DNA of 63,213 nucleotides, counting the filler, from an uncultured archaeon (GTDB lineage: Archaea > Nanobdellota > Nanobdellia > Woesearchaeales > CAIVOO01): assembly GCA_903842985.1 (NCBI GenBank). It is 7 parts of 7 records of this genome, joined end to end, with 100 filler letters (N's around TTAATTAATTAA, not from the genome) between each part and the next. Parts side by side here need not be neighbours in the genome. Positions count along the whole stretch, not along the records: positions 32,514 to 54,773 come from CAIMOB010000006.1; 6 more parts are not named here. The stretch is one strand, 5' to 3'. Shown here piece by piece: positions 37,105-47,742 of this stretch (positions are counted from its first letter, which is position 1; each line of letters opens with the position of its first letter). The position numbers and the translations under genes were made by a program. Below the pieces are notes generated by a model. The model was not told the DNA's origin. It worked only from the letters and a program-made list of their open reading frames with translations, and ran no database searches.

Positions 37105-39570
37105 TCAGCCTGAAATCCTGCTCACGTGCCCCTCTTTCTCTATTCTTATTATATTCTGGACAAACGATTCCAGCTTTGCCTCGTGGGACACAATTATCAC
37201 CTGCCTTGCGTTAAGCTGTTCAAGAACATCCCTCACCTTATCTAACTGCTCTGTTGAAAAGCCGTCTGTAGGCTCGTCAAGGATTATTATGTCTCTTGTC
37301 TTGATTGTGGACATCATGTTGTTAATCACCCTATTTAATGCAAGCCTGTAAGCCAGGGCGCAGGATGTTTTTTCGCCTCCAGACATGCCAAACAACTCTG
37401 TTTGGTAGCCGTTCTGTTCAACCACTGGCGCGAATTCCTCATCCAGCTTTATCGAAATTGAGTCATCCTCCAAAAGAAGCGAACACCACTGCTGGAAAAG
37501 CTCATTGAACTCGGCTCTGACAGAGTTCATCATATGCTTCTCCATTTCAAACATAAGGTTTACAAAGAATTCCTCAAGCCAGTACTGCTTTTCTGACAGG
37601 TCAACAATTGAATCCTTTACTTCATTCTTTATTTTTATTTCTTTATTAAGTTCAGTTAAATTTTTATCAAGCAATTCATTTTCCTTGTCAAGCTCTGCCT
37701 TTTTTATTTCCGTGCTCTTTGATTTTTCAAGAATGCCTTCCAGCTCCTTTTTTGATTGAATGAACTTGTTCTCTGTGTCCCTGAGGCTTTCAATATCTTT
37801 TTCTATCTTTGTCTTACCCAGCTTCAGCCCTTCCATCAGCTGTTTTATTTCAGTTTCCTCTTTTGTAAGCGCATCTGCCCTGCTCATTTTTTCCTGGCAG
37901 AGCGCTGAAACCATCTCTTTTTCCTTTACCATGGTTTTCTGCTCCTGAATCGCCTTCAGCAGCAGCTTCTTTTCCTCAAGATTTTTCTTTTCAGCTTCGA
38001 TGTTTTTTGCGCCGATTTCTCTTTCAATTGTGATTATTTCAAGAAGAAGTTTTGAGAGCAGCTCCTGTTTTTCTCCAATCTCATCGCTGGCAGACCTCAG
38101 GCTTTCTATTTCAGTGCGCAGCCTCTCTGCGATTTTCCCCTTTTCTTCAAAATTCCTAAGCATTTTTTTAAGCTCATCAAGCTTTTTTGCAGAATCATAT
38201 TTTTTCTGGTTTACCTCTTCAATCTGCTTTTCATAGGACTCAATTTTTTTGTTCTCCTCGGCATTGATTTTGTGCTTGTGGCTTTCATCCACAGACTGGG
38301 CGCAGGTCGGGCATTTATCCATGCCTTTTATCTTGTCCTTTGTTTCAGACGAATGCCTCTTTAGCGCCTCGTATTCGCTCAGCATTTTTGCAAGCCTGAT
38401 GACCTCTTTCTCGGCGCTGTCAAGCCTTTCCTCAGCATCTTTTCTCGCTTCCATGTCCTGCTTGAGCAGGTTAAGCATGGATTCTTTCCCTGCGATTGAT
38501 TTTGTCTTTTCAAGCCCGGCTTTTATCTCGTTTTTCAGCTCTTCAGACCTTTTTTTGCTCTGGGTGTGATTTTCTGCGAGCTCTGACATCCTTTTTGACG
38601 CTGTCAGGAACTCAGTTTCAAGAGCTTTCAGCTCTTTTTCAGCATCTTCCTCCCTGCATTCGAATTTTTTTATCTTTATGCCTGCAATTCTTTCATTCAG
38701 CTCCTTTATCTGCTTCTGAAGCCCGCTGATTTCCTTCACATTTGCATCTTTCCTCTTTGCCACAGCATCTATCTTTGTCTCTGTAACATCAAGCTCCCTT
38801 TTCAGGTTGTTAAGAATTATTATTTTGTCCTCAAACTCCTTCAGAACAGCTTTTTTTCCTTCAATCTCGCTCTTGAATTCATTATATTTCGGCATTATCC
38901 CGTCGATTTTCTTCTTCAGCTCTTTTATCTCTGATTCAAGCTTCTCTTTCTGCTTTAGCTTGTCTTCAATGTCAAAGATTTTCCCGCTTAGCTCTTTCTT
39001 CTGCTCCTTGAGGTTCTTGACGAGAATTCCGGCATTTTCAGCTATTCTTTTGTACTTGTCAATCCCGAAAACGCGCCTCAGCGTGTCCAGTCTCGCGCTC
39101 TTGTCCTCAAAAAGAATTTGTTTCATCTCCTCCTGTGGCGTGTAAACTGTGTATCTATAAATCAATGATTTTGATTTTGTGACTAATTCATCAGGGTAGC
39201 CAAGCTGTTCAAGGATTTTTGTTTTCAGCTCTGTTGGCATCATATCATATTTCATGTCATTGATTATTATGTAGCCCGCATCCTGCTTTACAGAATCCTT
39301 CAGCGCCTTCAATGCGCGCTTTATTATAATATTTTTTCCATCAATCTCAAAGTTCAATTCAACACTGCCTGAGTTTTTCCCTCTTCTCAGAAGGGAAGTT
39401 CCCGATAGGTCTGTCTTGAGAATTCCGAAAAGCGCGAACTCTACTGCCTGGAGTATTGTGGATTTGCCTGAGCCTATGTCCCCAGATAGGAGAAGCGAGC
39501 CCTCTGGAAACTTGATTTCCTGGCTAAGATAGCTTCTTATGTTGCTCAGCTTGATTGATTTGAGAATCAT
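37105..39570 (-). CDS. rad50: Rad50/SMC-family ATPase
   Basis: Walker A GDIGSGKST; CPTC zinc hook in coiled coil; MSGGE signature; ILDEPT; VSH. Confidence 0.88.
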   Translation of the reverse strand: MILKSIKLSNIRSYLSQEIKFPEGSLLLSGDIGSGKSTILQAVEFALFGILKTDLSGTSLLRRGKNSGSVELNFEIDGKNIIIKRALKALKDSVKQDAGYIIINDMKYDMMPTELKTKILEQLGYPDELVTKSKSLIYRYTVYTPQEEMKQILFEDKSARLDTLRRVFGIDKYKRIAENAGILVKNLKEQKKELSGKIFDIEDKLKQKEKLESEIKELKKKIDGIMPKYNEFKSEIEGKKAVLKEFEDKIIILNNLKRELDVTETKIDAVAKRKDANVKEISGLQKQIKELNERIAGIKIKKFECREEDAEKELKALETEFLTASKRMSELAENHTQSKKRSEELKNEIKAGLEKTKSIAGKESMLNLLKQDMEARKDAEERLDSAEKEVIRLAKMLSEYEALKRHSSETKDKIKGMDKCPTCAQSVDESHKHKINAEENKKIESYEKQIEEVNQKKYDSAKKLDELKKMLRNFEEKGKIAERLRTEIESLRSASDEIGEKQELLSKLLLEIITIEREIGAKNIEAEKKNLEEKKLLLKAIQEQKTMVKEKEMVSALCQEKMSRADALTKEETEIKQLMEGLKLGKTKIEKDIESLRDTENKFIQSKKELEGILEKSKSTEIKKAELDKENELLDKNLTELNKEIKIKNEVKDSIVDLSEKQYWLEEFFVNLMFEMEKHMMNSVRAEFNELFQQWCSLLLEDDSISIKLDEEFAPVVEQNGYQTELFGMSGGEKTSCALAYRLALNRVINNMMSTIKTRDIIILDEPTDGFSTEQLDKVRDVLEQLNARQVIIVSHEAKLESFVQNIIRIEKEGHVSRISG

Positions 39571-39623
39571 GCAATCTCAGAAGGAACAGAGATTTATATA
39601 CCTTATTAATGGGAATATGGAAA

Positions 39624-40220
39624 TTAAAACTCGCCTTTCTTCTTTTTGTAAAGCACAAGGCTAACTGCCCCGATAGTCGCTCCTATCAAATTAAACAAAA
39701 GGTCGAGCGCATTATTTACATAATCGCCCACTGTTGTGTTTTTTATGAATGTTACAGCGCCGAATTCAATGTTTTCCCAGATTGAGCCAAGGCCAAGCGC
39801 CACAAGAATAAGCAGCACTGTAAGGTTAACTGATTTCATTTTTATTGAATCATGCATATGGCTGCTTAGAAGATTGTATGAAAGAAAAACAAGTACAAAT
39901 GAGTCAAATGCGTGCACGAAATTGTCATAGCCCAGTATGCCGAATTTGTGGTCCCAGAGAACCTGCCCGTTAATGTGAACATCGCTTCCCATAAAGTACA
40001 GGAGGATCATAATTAGAAGGCCCAGGATTATCATGTTTGGAAGCTTTATCTCACGGTAATAGAAATAGATGAAGAGCACTAACGACAATATTATCAAATT
40101 GTAGGCAAAAAATTCAAAATTTCTCTGGTGATAATTTACAAAGCTGAGAATAATCAGAACAAAAATAACAAAAATCAGAAACCATCTTCGGTTTGACTTT
40201 TCCTCTTTTGCATTAACCAT
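39624..40220 (-). CDS. DUF2238-like membrane protein
   Basis: YDNFVH, WE..EF, DL..NL.G motifs. Confidence 0.65.
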   Translation of the reverse strand: MVNAKEEKSNRRWFLIFVIFVLIILSFVNYHQRNFEFFAYNLIILSLVLFIYFYYREIKLPNMIILGLLIMILLYFMGSDVHINGQVLWDHKFGILGYDNFVHAFDSFVLVFLSYNLLSSHMHDSIKMKSVNLTVLLILVALGLGSIWENIEFGAVTFIKNTTVGDYVNNALDLLFNLIGATIGAVSLVLYKKKKGEF

Positions 40221-40259
40221 ATAAAAATAAAAAAATAAAGATGTTTAAAAAGGTTGCGC

Positions 40260-41327
40260 TTAGCTGCAGCTTCCGCTGGCTGCCTGCGCTGTTGTGGAAA
40301 GCTGAGTGTTTCCACATTCGCTTGGCGCAGTCTCAAATGCAGCGCACATTGCCTGCTTTACTGCATCAGGCGTCCTTACATTTGCCTGCTCGCCATCGAT
40401 GAAAACCGTCGGCGAGCCCTGGACATTCAGCTTTTTGCCAAGCGCTTTCTCAGATGCAAGAAGCGAAATTCCTTCATTCTGCTGACAGTCTTTTACCATC
40501 TGGGTGTCAATTCCAACATCCTTGGCAACTCCTTCCCAGCACGAATCTGCGTTTGTTGAATCGCACTTCTTGTTTATAGCCAGGATAAATTCGAAATACT
40601 TGTCAAGCCCGAGCTTCTTGTAGACGCAAAGCTCCCTTTCATCCTGGGTTATCTCCTGAACGCCGTGCATTGAGCAGTAGGCGCCGTTCTCAAGGCATCC
40701 GTTTCCATAATTTTCATAAATTACATAATGAGGTATGAAATCTGCCTTGCCTTTCAAAAGCTGATAGACTGGCTCGATTGCTTCCTCTGCGATGTTTCCG
40801 TATGGGCAGAAGGCCATCACAAAGAAGTCAATCTGCGGCTTGTTGTCGCCTAAGACAACACCGATTGAACTTAAAAATTCCTTTTGCTTTTCTGGGTCAA
40901 TGAAATGGGAAGCGCCTGTTACATCATCCAAAAGCTTGTAATCACTTTCGACATTCTGGAAAGATGCAACCATTTGTGGGTTTTTCCATGAATCTGTCTT
41001 GGTTATTTTTGAGTCAAATATGTATGCCGGAACATAAACGAGGTTAAATTCTTTTATCAGTGCTTTTCCTTCGCTTGAAGAAATATCAACATTAGTTATT
41101 TTGACGCCAGGAAACAACTGCTGTGAGGCTCCGACAATCTGCGTTGTGTCGCAGGTCTTGCAGTTCTTGTCATTCAGGACAGTCAGCCCGACTTCAACAT
41201 TTGTTGCTGTTGCACCTACTGATGGCTTTTTGACTTCCAGACATACAAGAACAGCGATTATTATCACTGCAATTGCAGCAGCAATGTAAAGTGTTTTTCT
41301 CTTTATTTTTATTGTTTTACTTGACAT
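40260..41327 (-). CDS. Membrane-anchored thioredoxin/DsbA-like protein
   Basis: CKTC, FVMAFCPYG, SMHG..E, VQGSPTVFIDG. Confidence 0.75.
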   Translation of the reverse strand: MSSKTIKIKRKTLYIAAAIAVIIIAVLVCLEVKKPSVGATATNVEVGLTVLNDKNCKTCDTTQIVGASQQLFPGVKITNVDISSSEGKALIKEFNLVYVPAYIFDSKITKTDSWKNPQMVASFQNVESDYKLLDDVTGASHFIDPEKQKEFLSSIGVVLGDNKPQIDFFVMAFCPYGNIAEEAIEPVYQLLKGKADFIPHYVIYENYGNGCLENGAYCSMHGVQEITQDERELCVYKKLGLDKYFEFILAINKKCDSTNADSCWEGVAKDVGIDTQMVKDCQQNEGISLLASEKALGKKLNVQGSPTVFIDGEQANVRTPDAVKQAMCAAFETAPSECGNTQLSTTAQAASGSCS

Positions 41328-41458
41328 AGTTTAAACCCCCTTAAAGTCATTTTTAAAATAACTAGTATTTAAATATTGTGGATTTATGGTTTATTACAAA
41401 AAGCCAGAATGCTTTTTGTAATGAATACCACAGGCCTTCGTCTGTGGTTTTTTATTGC

Positions 41459-41890
41459 TCAGGAAGCTATTTCCAGGACCTTTATCCTGAAGTTCAGTGT
41501 TTTTCCCGCCATCGGATGGTTCAGGTCCACAACAACATCGTCTTTCTTCACTTCTTTTATTACCGCACCTATTTTCATCCCTTCAGATGTCTGAAGACCA
41601 ACAACCTTTCCCGGCTTTAGCTCCATCTCTTTTGGAAAAATTGATCTTGGAATGTCTTTTTTCAGCTCTTCCTTATATTCGCCATAGGCTTCTTCTGGCT
41701 TTATTTTTATTTTCTTTTCCTTACCCTTCTCCATACCTATTATTGCATTTTCAAATCCAGGTATTACCTGGCCTGAGCCAATTTCAAATTCCAATGGCTG
41801 GCCGTGCTTTTCAGAGCTGTCGAAAACAGTGCCGTCATCCAATGTCCCTTCATATTCAATCTTCACTTTATCTCCTTTTTTTACTGGCAT
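41459..41890 (-). CDS. slyD: FKBP-type peptidyl-prolyl isomerase
   Basis: DGTVFDSS, IPGFE, AYG, DLNHPMAGKTLNF. Confidence 0.93.
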   Translation of the reverse strand: MPVKKGDKVKIEYEGTLDDGTVFDSSEKHGQPLEFEIGSGQVIPGFENAIIGMEKGKEKKIKIKPEEAYGEYKEELKKDIPRSIFPKEMELKPGKVVGLQTSEGMKIGAVIKEVKKDDVVVDLNHPMAGKTLNFRIKVLEIAS

Positions 41891-41903
41891 AGAATCACCT
41901 ATT

Positions 41904-42317
41904 TCATTTTTTTGTTATGTTTATCTTTGCGCTGCATTTCTGGCAGCTGAAGACAATCGCGTCAGCAGAAGATGTTTTTCCTGTTTCCTCGTCTAAAACC
42001 TTCACCTTTTTCTTGTGATATGGAACTTCTATGAATCCTGAGTTTCCGCACTGCGGGCAGGTGTATTCGATGGCTGCAGTCAGGGTGCCTTCATATTCTT
42101 CCTTTTCAACTGTGTAATTGCATTCAGGGCAGACATACTCTTTCGACCTTATCTTTACCTTTCCGCCTTCCCTTGGCTTGCCCATCAAGGCTTTCTTGCA
42201 TTTTGGGCAGGGCAATCTGTAAACCCAGGCAAACGCCTTTCCATTGCCAATATTTCTCTTTGTGAAATAGACTAATTTGCCAATCTCCTCATCTGTCTCT
42301 GGCTTTTTTGATGGCAT
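41904..42317 (-). CDS. Multi-CxxC zinc-finger protein
   Basis: CPKC, CPEC, CPQC, CQKC. Confidence 0.7.
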   Translation of the reverse strand: MPSKKPETDEEIGKLVYFTKRNIGNGKAFAWVYRLPCPKCKKALMGKPREGGKVKIRSKEYVCPECNYTVEKEEYEGTLTAAIEYTCPQCGNSGFIEVPYHKKKVKVLDEETGKTSSADAIVFSCQKCSAKINITKK

Positions 42318-43017
42318 TTTTCGCTTTATTGTGTTTTGTTTTATAAATTTTTGCCTTTGCTTCATCACTAATTATTTTCTCCGAACACCTTAACAATCTT
42401 TTATAAACTTCATGAATGTAAAGCGGGGCATCAGTAATATGATTAGTAGCAATCCTTTGTCCTAGGTAAGCCATTCTTTCAACGGGAGATGTTATTTCTG
42501 TATAAACATCATTACCATTCCAAAGAGCTATACGTATTGCTCTTCCTTCTTGCTCCCATCTTTCATAAGCATTAATAAATTTGTCAGTATCAATAAGATG
42601 CAGGTCTTGGCCCTGATGAATATATTCATGAATTGTTGATGAAATAAAATCTGCTGGGGAAAATTTACTGTTTGTTAAATAACTTTCTTTAACAATTATT
42701 TTTTTATCCTTGCCCATTCCTTGCAATATTCCGCGCAAACCGCCTGATGAAGAAATCGCTGCCCATTTATTATTGGTTTGGATGGTTGCGACAGGCACGC
42801 CTTTTGCGCTGTAAATAGGTATATCTTTCATTTTTTGATAGGCTTCATCAGTGAAATATTTTTTAAGAACATCATGAAATGTGCCATAGCGATTTTTAGC
42901 GTCAAGAGACACATAATTGTTTGTTACGTTCTTCAAGCCATAGGCGCAGTTCTCTAAAGCAAGCGCTGCAGCTGCTCCTAACCCAATTTTCAAAAAATCC
43001 CTTCTGCTGTATTCCAT
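42289..43017 (-). CDS. Twin-arginine-signal protein with HExxH motif
   Basis: SRRDFLK; IHEYIH. Confidence 0.65.
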   Translation of the reverse strand: MEYSRRDFLKIGLGAAAALALENCAYGLKNVTNNYVSLDAKNRYGTFHDVLKKYFTDEAYQKMKDIPIYSAKGVPVATIQTNNKWAAISSSGGLRGILQGMGKDKKIIVKESYLTNSKFSPADFISSTIHEYIHQGQDLHLIDTDKFINAYERWEQEGRAIRIALWNGNDVYTEITSPVERMAYLGQRIATNHITDAPLYIHEVYKRLLRCSEKIISDEAKAKIYKTKHNKAKNAIKKARDR

Positions 43018-43065
43018 ATATGATTGAAGAAATGTCTAGTATATAAATCTTTCTTTACTCATAAG

Positions 43066-43851
43066 TTATAACAATTCACTTAATCTCTTCACTTCAATAG
43101 AAACCGCATTTGCCTTCACCCTTATTTCTCTTGGGCATAGAGTATTCTCCAGCTTGTTCTCTTCGCAGTATTTCAGTATCTTGTTTTTTTCATCTTCGTT
43201 CCTGAAGCGGACAATGACAACAATGTTCCTGCTGTCCTTGTGGAGGATGTCGAAGCCATTCAAATCCTGCTTTATTTTCTCGCATCTGTCAAATAAGAAT
43301 TTAAATCGCTTTGGAAGGTTGTTTAACTTTTCCAATAGTTTTTCCTCATCCAGCTTCGCTTCCTCTAATTTTATTTCTTCATTCAATGCAAGAACCCCTC
43401 CTTCTCCCAAGTCAATAGCCTTCCATTCACCCAAAGACGCGACAATTATGTCTCCTCTGCATAAGTCTGTCCCGATTGTCCCAGACGCATCATTGATGAA
43501 CAGGCAGTTGTATTTCTTGCACAGAGCAATAATGTCATCAACCGGCTGCTCAGCATGGTAGCCTGCAAATGAATTCAGCAGAAGAACTGTGTTTTTGTTC
43601 TGCGAAAGCGCAAAGCCGAGCAAGTCAAGCTCAACAACCCCGAAATCAGTCTCCATCTCAATCATGCTGAAGCCAAGCCTTTTGCCGAACTTCTTGTAGC
43701 TCATCCATCCGCCCTGGTCAGCAAGAACCAATGTGTCCTTCCCTTTTGATTTCGCGAATTTGAGAGCTTCCTTTATAGCTTCATCTCCTTTGCTCAGGAA
43801 GTAGATGAATTTCTTTTTTGCCAATTGCTTGATTTTTTCCTTGGATGACAT
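43066..43851 (-). CDS. PLP-dependent transferase-like protein
   Basis: DQGGW.SY, INDASG, SLGEWK.IDLGEGG. Confidence 0.65.
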   Translation of the reverse strand: MSSKEKIKQLAKKKFIYFLSKGDEAIKEALKFAKSKGKDTLVLADQGGWMSYKKFGKRLGFSMIEMETDFGVVELDLLGFALSQNKNTVLLLNSFAGYHAEQPVDDIIALCKKYNCLFINDASGTIGTDLCRGDIIVASLGEWKAIDLGEGGVLALNEEIKLEEAKLDEEKLLEKLNNLPKRFKFLFDRCEKIKQDLNGFDILHKDSRNIVVIVRFRNEDEKNKILKYCEENKLENTLCPREIRVKANAVSIEVKRLSELL

Positions 43852-43888
43852 AGTAAAGTATATAAATTAAATAATAAATAATATATAA

Positions 43889-44662
43889 ATGCTTGCCAAA
43901 AGAGGGCAGATAACAACGTTTCTGATAGTTGGAGTAGTGCTATTGTTTGTGACAGGGTTGGTTATTTATGTGAGGAATGTTACTGTAAAAGAAACAATAA
44001 AGCCAACCCCTGCCGGAGCAATTGAAACAGCGCCCTTGAAAAACTATGTTGAATCATGCCTGAAGTCAGTTGGCGAGGATGCGATAATCCAGGTTGGCAG
44101 AACAGGCGGATTCATGGAGCCGGTTCCATTGCCTTCGATGACATACAACAACACTGATATCTATTATTGGTATTATATCAATCAGACCATCTCTCCTTCA
44201 AAAGATGTTATTGAAAATGAGATTTCAAATTATCTGAGATTGTACCTTGAAGACTGCCTTGCAGACTTCACGAACTTCAAGGCGCAGGGCTACAACATAA
44301 CAACAGGCAGCATACTGCCGAATGTGACAATCGCTTCAGACAAAGTATCTTTGAGATTAAATTACCCTGTGATGATGAAAAGAGGAACAGCAACAGCAGT
44401 TGTTCCTGATTATGAGACAAGCGTCAGTGTAAGGCTTGGCAAGATAATTGATGTGGTTGAAATCCTGATGAGCAGCCAGAATGAAACTCCTGAAATGCTC
44501 TGTCTGAGCTGTCTTACATTGCAGGCAGTGCTCAATAACTTCAAATTCGAGAACAAGTACTTCGACGACATGGAATTGATAAAGATAGTGGACAATCTTG
44601 TGACTGTGAAGAACCAGCCATATGAGTTTAGCTATGCTGTCAAGCTCGGACCATTAAAATGA
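43889..44662 (+). CDS. Class III signal (pilin-like N-terminus) protein
   Basis: KRG-QITTFLIVG plus hydrophobic stretch; YVESCL. Confidence 0.65.
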   Translation: MLAKRGQITTFLIVGVVLLFVTGLVIYVRNVTVKETIKPTPAGAIETAPLKNYVESCLKSVGEDAIIQVGRTGGFMEPVPLPSMTYNNTDIYYWYYINQTISPSKDVIENEISNYLRLYLEDCLADFTNFKAQGYNITTGSILPNVTIASDKVSLRLNYPVMMKRGTATAVVPDYETSVSVRLGKIIDVVEILMSSQNETPEMLCLSCLTLQAVLNNFKFENKYFDDMELIKIVDNLVTVKNQPYEFSYAVKLGPLK

Positions 44663-46860
44663 AAACAGAAATAATTGCAATTATTGTAATGCTTCTTTTA
44701 GTTTTTACTGTATCTGCAGTTAATGATACAACACAATTCAAAGATGGAAAATGCCCAGATACAGCAAACTGCGTAGTCCCTCTTAGTTATAATGGACCGA
44801 TTAATGTCAAAGGAGGGGCTATTTCTTATGGAGGTCAGACATTCTCTGCATCTTCAGGAAGCACAATTACTGTTGGAGACGGGAAGATAACTGCTTTCTC
44901 AGGAAGTGTTTCGCCTCCGACGCCGTTAAAGATTGGAGATGCAGAGGTGCAGGGAGATAATATAAATTATGATAAAGATAAAGGGCTGTCCATTGGTTCA
45001 GGCCCGCTTAATAGAGTTAACGGAGTTGCCATAGAAAATGCAAATTCAATAAAAGTATCAAAATCCCAAGGAGGGACAAAAACTGTAATAACCGGAACAG
45101 CTACCGCTGATGGGAAAGTGGAATGCGGAGAACGTGGAAAATTTGCACTTCTTTCTTCGGGAACACATTTTTCCTATGACACAAGCACAAAATCACTTAC
45201 AATCGACGGCACTAATAGCCGTGCAGTAATTCCAAGAGGCACACTGAATGCAAATATTGCCGCCACAAATGGAGCGACAATTGAAGTGGTTGAAGGATTT
45301 AATCTCCAAAATGGGTTTGTTACAGTAAAGAACGGCAAAACTTATGTACATACAGATGTATCTTGTAATACTAATCCGCCGTGCGATTTGGGTAACTTGA
45401 ATGGAATTCATTTTTCACTTAGTGGCTCGAATAAAGACGTTTCTGTATGCAAAGTACAAAGCCAATGTGATACAACAGGACCTTATGTGGTAATGACAGA
45501 AAACACATTTGAGGGGCATAATCTGCAAAATCTAGTGAGGTTTGACAAGAACAATAAATATGTCACTGTCCTAGCACCAGATGGCAGAGAAAAGTTCTTC
45601 GCCGTGGACGGGCCAGACTTTGTTAGAATAACCAAAGGAAATATACCTACTGTTGAAATCCGCGGTGGACACACTATTAGTTATGCTAGTTTAATTAACG
45701 GCGATTTATTGATAGATTATAATGCTAGAGGGTTGTTGCTTACACGAGAAAATAGTTTTAGTTCACCAGGCCCGTCAAGCTTACAAGCATTTAGGAATGG
45801 GGCTCGAGGATTTTCTGAGGATTCAGTGCCAATAGATGTAATTGGCGTTGATAAAAATGGAGCGCCTGTTTACCAAGAAGGGTACGGATTTAAAATCTCC
45901 ATAGACAGTGCAAATGGCATAACATCCTATCCCTGCAGAACGTCAGCTTCAGCTGCGACTGGCAGGGCAACAAACTGGATAACTGGGATGGATGCTGCAT
46001 GCATGTCATCGCCGGCAGGAACATGCTCTGAAGCAGATCTTCCATATGCTGCTGAAATAAAATCGGATACTGTTAATGTTTGCGGGAAAGATGCAAGTGG
46101 AAATGATGTAGCCTGCGAAGATCTGATTAAAGCAGCAGGACTTCTTTACAGCAAAGAAGACAACGGATATAAAGTTTACAAAGAAACAAAATATGATAAC
46201 ATACAAAGCAATGAGGGACCATATACTTCTTTTAGTAAAGATGATATGGAGTATGTAAAATACGTTACTGAGCAAACCGAACTAGGACCCATGGTGAAAC
46301 AAGAAAACATAGCTGCATTTGAATCATATTTGAAAGCCCACTATAACTCGGGAATAAAAGTAACAGGAACGAATGAAATTGTTATTGAAGGAATATACGT
46401 CGAAAAAGGCAATCCAGCGAGTTTAGGGACAGTCACCTATAATCTTAGGGAAGGAACGTCTGAATATAAAATAAATGATTATAGCAGCTACCTTAAAGCG
46501 GAATTTAAAAACAAAGATTCAAAAGTAACAGATGTTAAATATAGAGACGGATCTTATGTAGTTGATTTTAATAGTGATGTAGCGAAAACAGGAACGTACG
46601 ACCCAAGTACAGGCATAGTCACTAGAGATGTAAGATTTCTAAAAAAAGAGACCAGTGATGAAATTAAACATGATATAGCAGCTGCAACTTATGTTCCGAA
46701 AACGCCCACACTTATAAATAATAATCTTGCTCCAAGAGTCGCTGCAGGAAATGTAGATCTCAAAACGCGTAACTCGTTATTTAAGAATATAGCTGAAGCT
46801 AAAAAGAAAACTGAAAATCGTCTAAATATAGGCGAAGAACCATCAACTCCAAAGAAATAA
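44659..46860 (+). CDS. Large secreted G/S/T/C-rich protein
   Basis: Signal peptide; beta-rich; ATGA-coupled to the previous gene. Confidence 0.65.
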   Translation: MKTEIIAIIVMLLLVFTVSAVNDTTQFKDGKCPDTANCVVPLSYNGPINVKGGAISYGGQTFSASSGSTITVGDGKITAFSGSVSPPTPLKIGDAEVQGDNINYDKDKGLSIGSGPLNRVNGVAIENANSIKVSKSQGGTKTVITGTATADGKVECGERGKFALLSSGTHFSYDTSTKSLTIDGTNSRAVIPRGTLNANIAATNGATIEVVEGFNLQNGFVTVKNGKTYVHTDVSCNTNPPCDLGNLNGIHFSLSGSNKDVSVCKVQSQCDTTGPYVVMTENTFEGHNLQNLVRFDKNNKYVTVLAPDGREKFFAVDGPDFVRITKGNIPTVEIRGGHTISYASLINGDLLIDYNARGLLLTRENSFSSPGPSSLQAFRNGARGFSEDSVPIDVIGVDKNGAPVYQEGYGFKISIDSANGITSYPCRTSASAATGRATNWITGMDAACMSSPAGTCSEADLPYAAEIKSDTVNVCGKDASGNDVACEDLIKAAGLLYSKEDNGYKVYKETKYDNIQSNEGPYTSFSKDDMEYVKYVTEQTELGPMVKQENIAAFESYLKAHYNSGIKVTGTNEIVIEGIYVEKGNPASLGTVTYNLREGTSEYKINDYSSYLKAEFKNKDSKVTDVKYRDGSYVVDFNSDVAKTGTYDPSTGIVTRDVRFLKKETSDEIKHDIAAATYVPKTPTLINNNLAPRVAAGNVDLKTRNSLFKNIAEAKKKTENRLNIGEEPSTPKK

Positions 46861-46863
46861 AAT

Positions 46864-47742
46864 TCACAACTCCTTGTAAATCTCTTCTGCGGTTTTCTTC
46901 AGCTCTTCAAGAGGAATGTCAGGTATCTTTTCCTTGGGCACGCCGTGGACTTCAAACAAGTCGAATATCCGCTCTGCGGCTTTCCCGTAATAAGAATCTT
47001 TTATCTGAATAAAATAATCCAAATCCATTATGACATTGTAAGACGGCGCCCTGACAAATGAGCCGACATAGGCCTTTACTTCGCCCGGCACATTCATATT
47101 TTTATCTTCATTTCTTAAATGCTCAATCTCATGCTGGACGTAGCTCTCCACCAGGTTATTGTAGATGTTCTGTCTCGTCTCCTCGTCATTCTTGCCCTTC
47201 ATTGATTCGTAAAACCTTGCATTAACCTTTGCGGGGAAAAAATCCACATCCTTTGATTTGTAAAGCTCAAAAACTCCGTTAGTGAGCGACTTCATTTTCT
47301 TGTCGTCTATGAATATCCTTCCATACAGATTAAATGCATTGGGATTGTCAAGAGATGTGCCGGCAGATGTCAATGGCTCATACATTATGACATCATACTT
47401 ATTTCCATTGTCAACTGCTTTTCTTATCGGCTTTGTTAGCTTTCCAAGAAGATTTTGGCGGTAAAAGTATCCCCACTTATCTATTAATTCGTTTTCAAGC
47501 TCCTCATGCGTTTCAGGAATTTCAACGCATCTGCTTAACTCTTCAACAAGTTTTATTTTTTCTTCGCGGTTGTCTTCAACTACGAATCTTTTCATTGAGT
47601 TTTCAATTATATTATTGCAGTAATTGCCAATAACATTTCCAACAGGGTCGTTTGGCTTTGCTGGGGACGATGCTAATGCCGGAGCATTTGCTACAAAAGG
47701 CAAAAGAAATCCTGCAGTTAACAGCCAGTTCTTGAGCTTCAT
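46864..47742 (-). CDS. Secreted HExxH protein (putative zincin-like peptidase)
   Basis: Signal peptide MKLKNWLL...ALA; QHEIEH...GEVKAY. Confidence 0.6.
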   Translation of the reverse strand: MKLKNWLLTAGFLLPFVANAPALASSPAKPNDPVGNVIGNYCNNIIENSMKRFVVEDNREEKIKLVEELSRCVEIPETHEELENELIDKWGYFYRQNLLGKLTKPIRKAVDNGNKYDVIMYEPLTSAGTSLDNPNAFNLYGRIFIDDKKMKSLTNGVFELYKSKDVDFFPAKVNARFYESMKGKNDEETRQNIYNNLVESYVQHEIEHLRNEDKNMNVPGEVKAYVGSFVRAPSYNVIMDLDYFIQIKDSYYGKAAERIFDLFEVHGVPKEKIPDIPLEELKKTAEEIYKEL

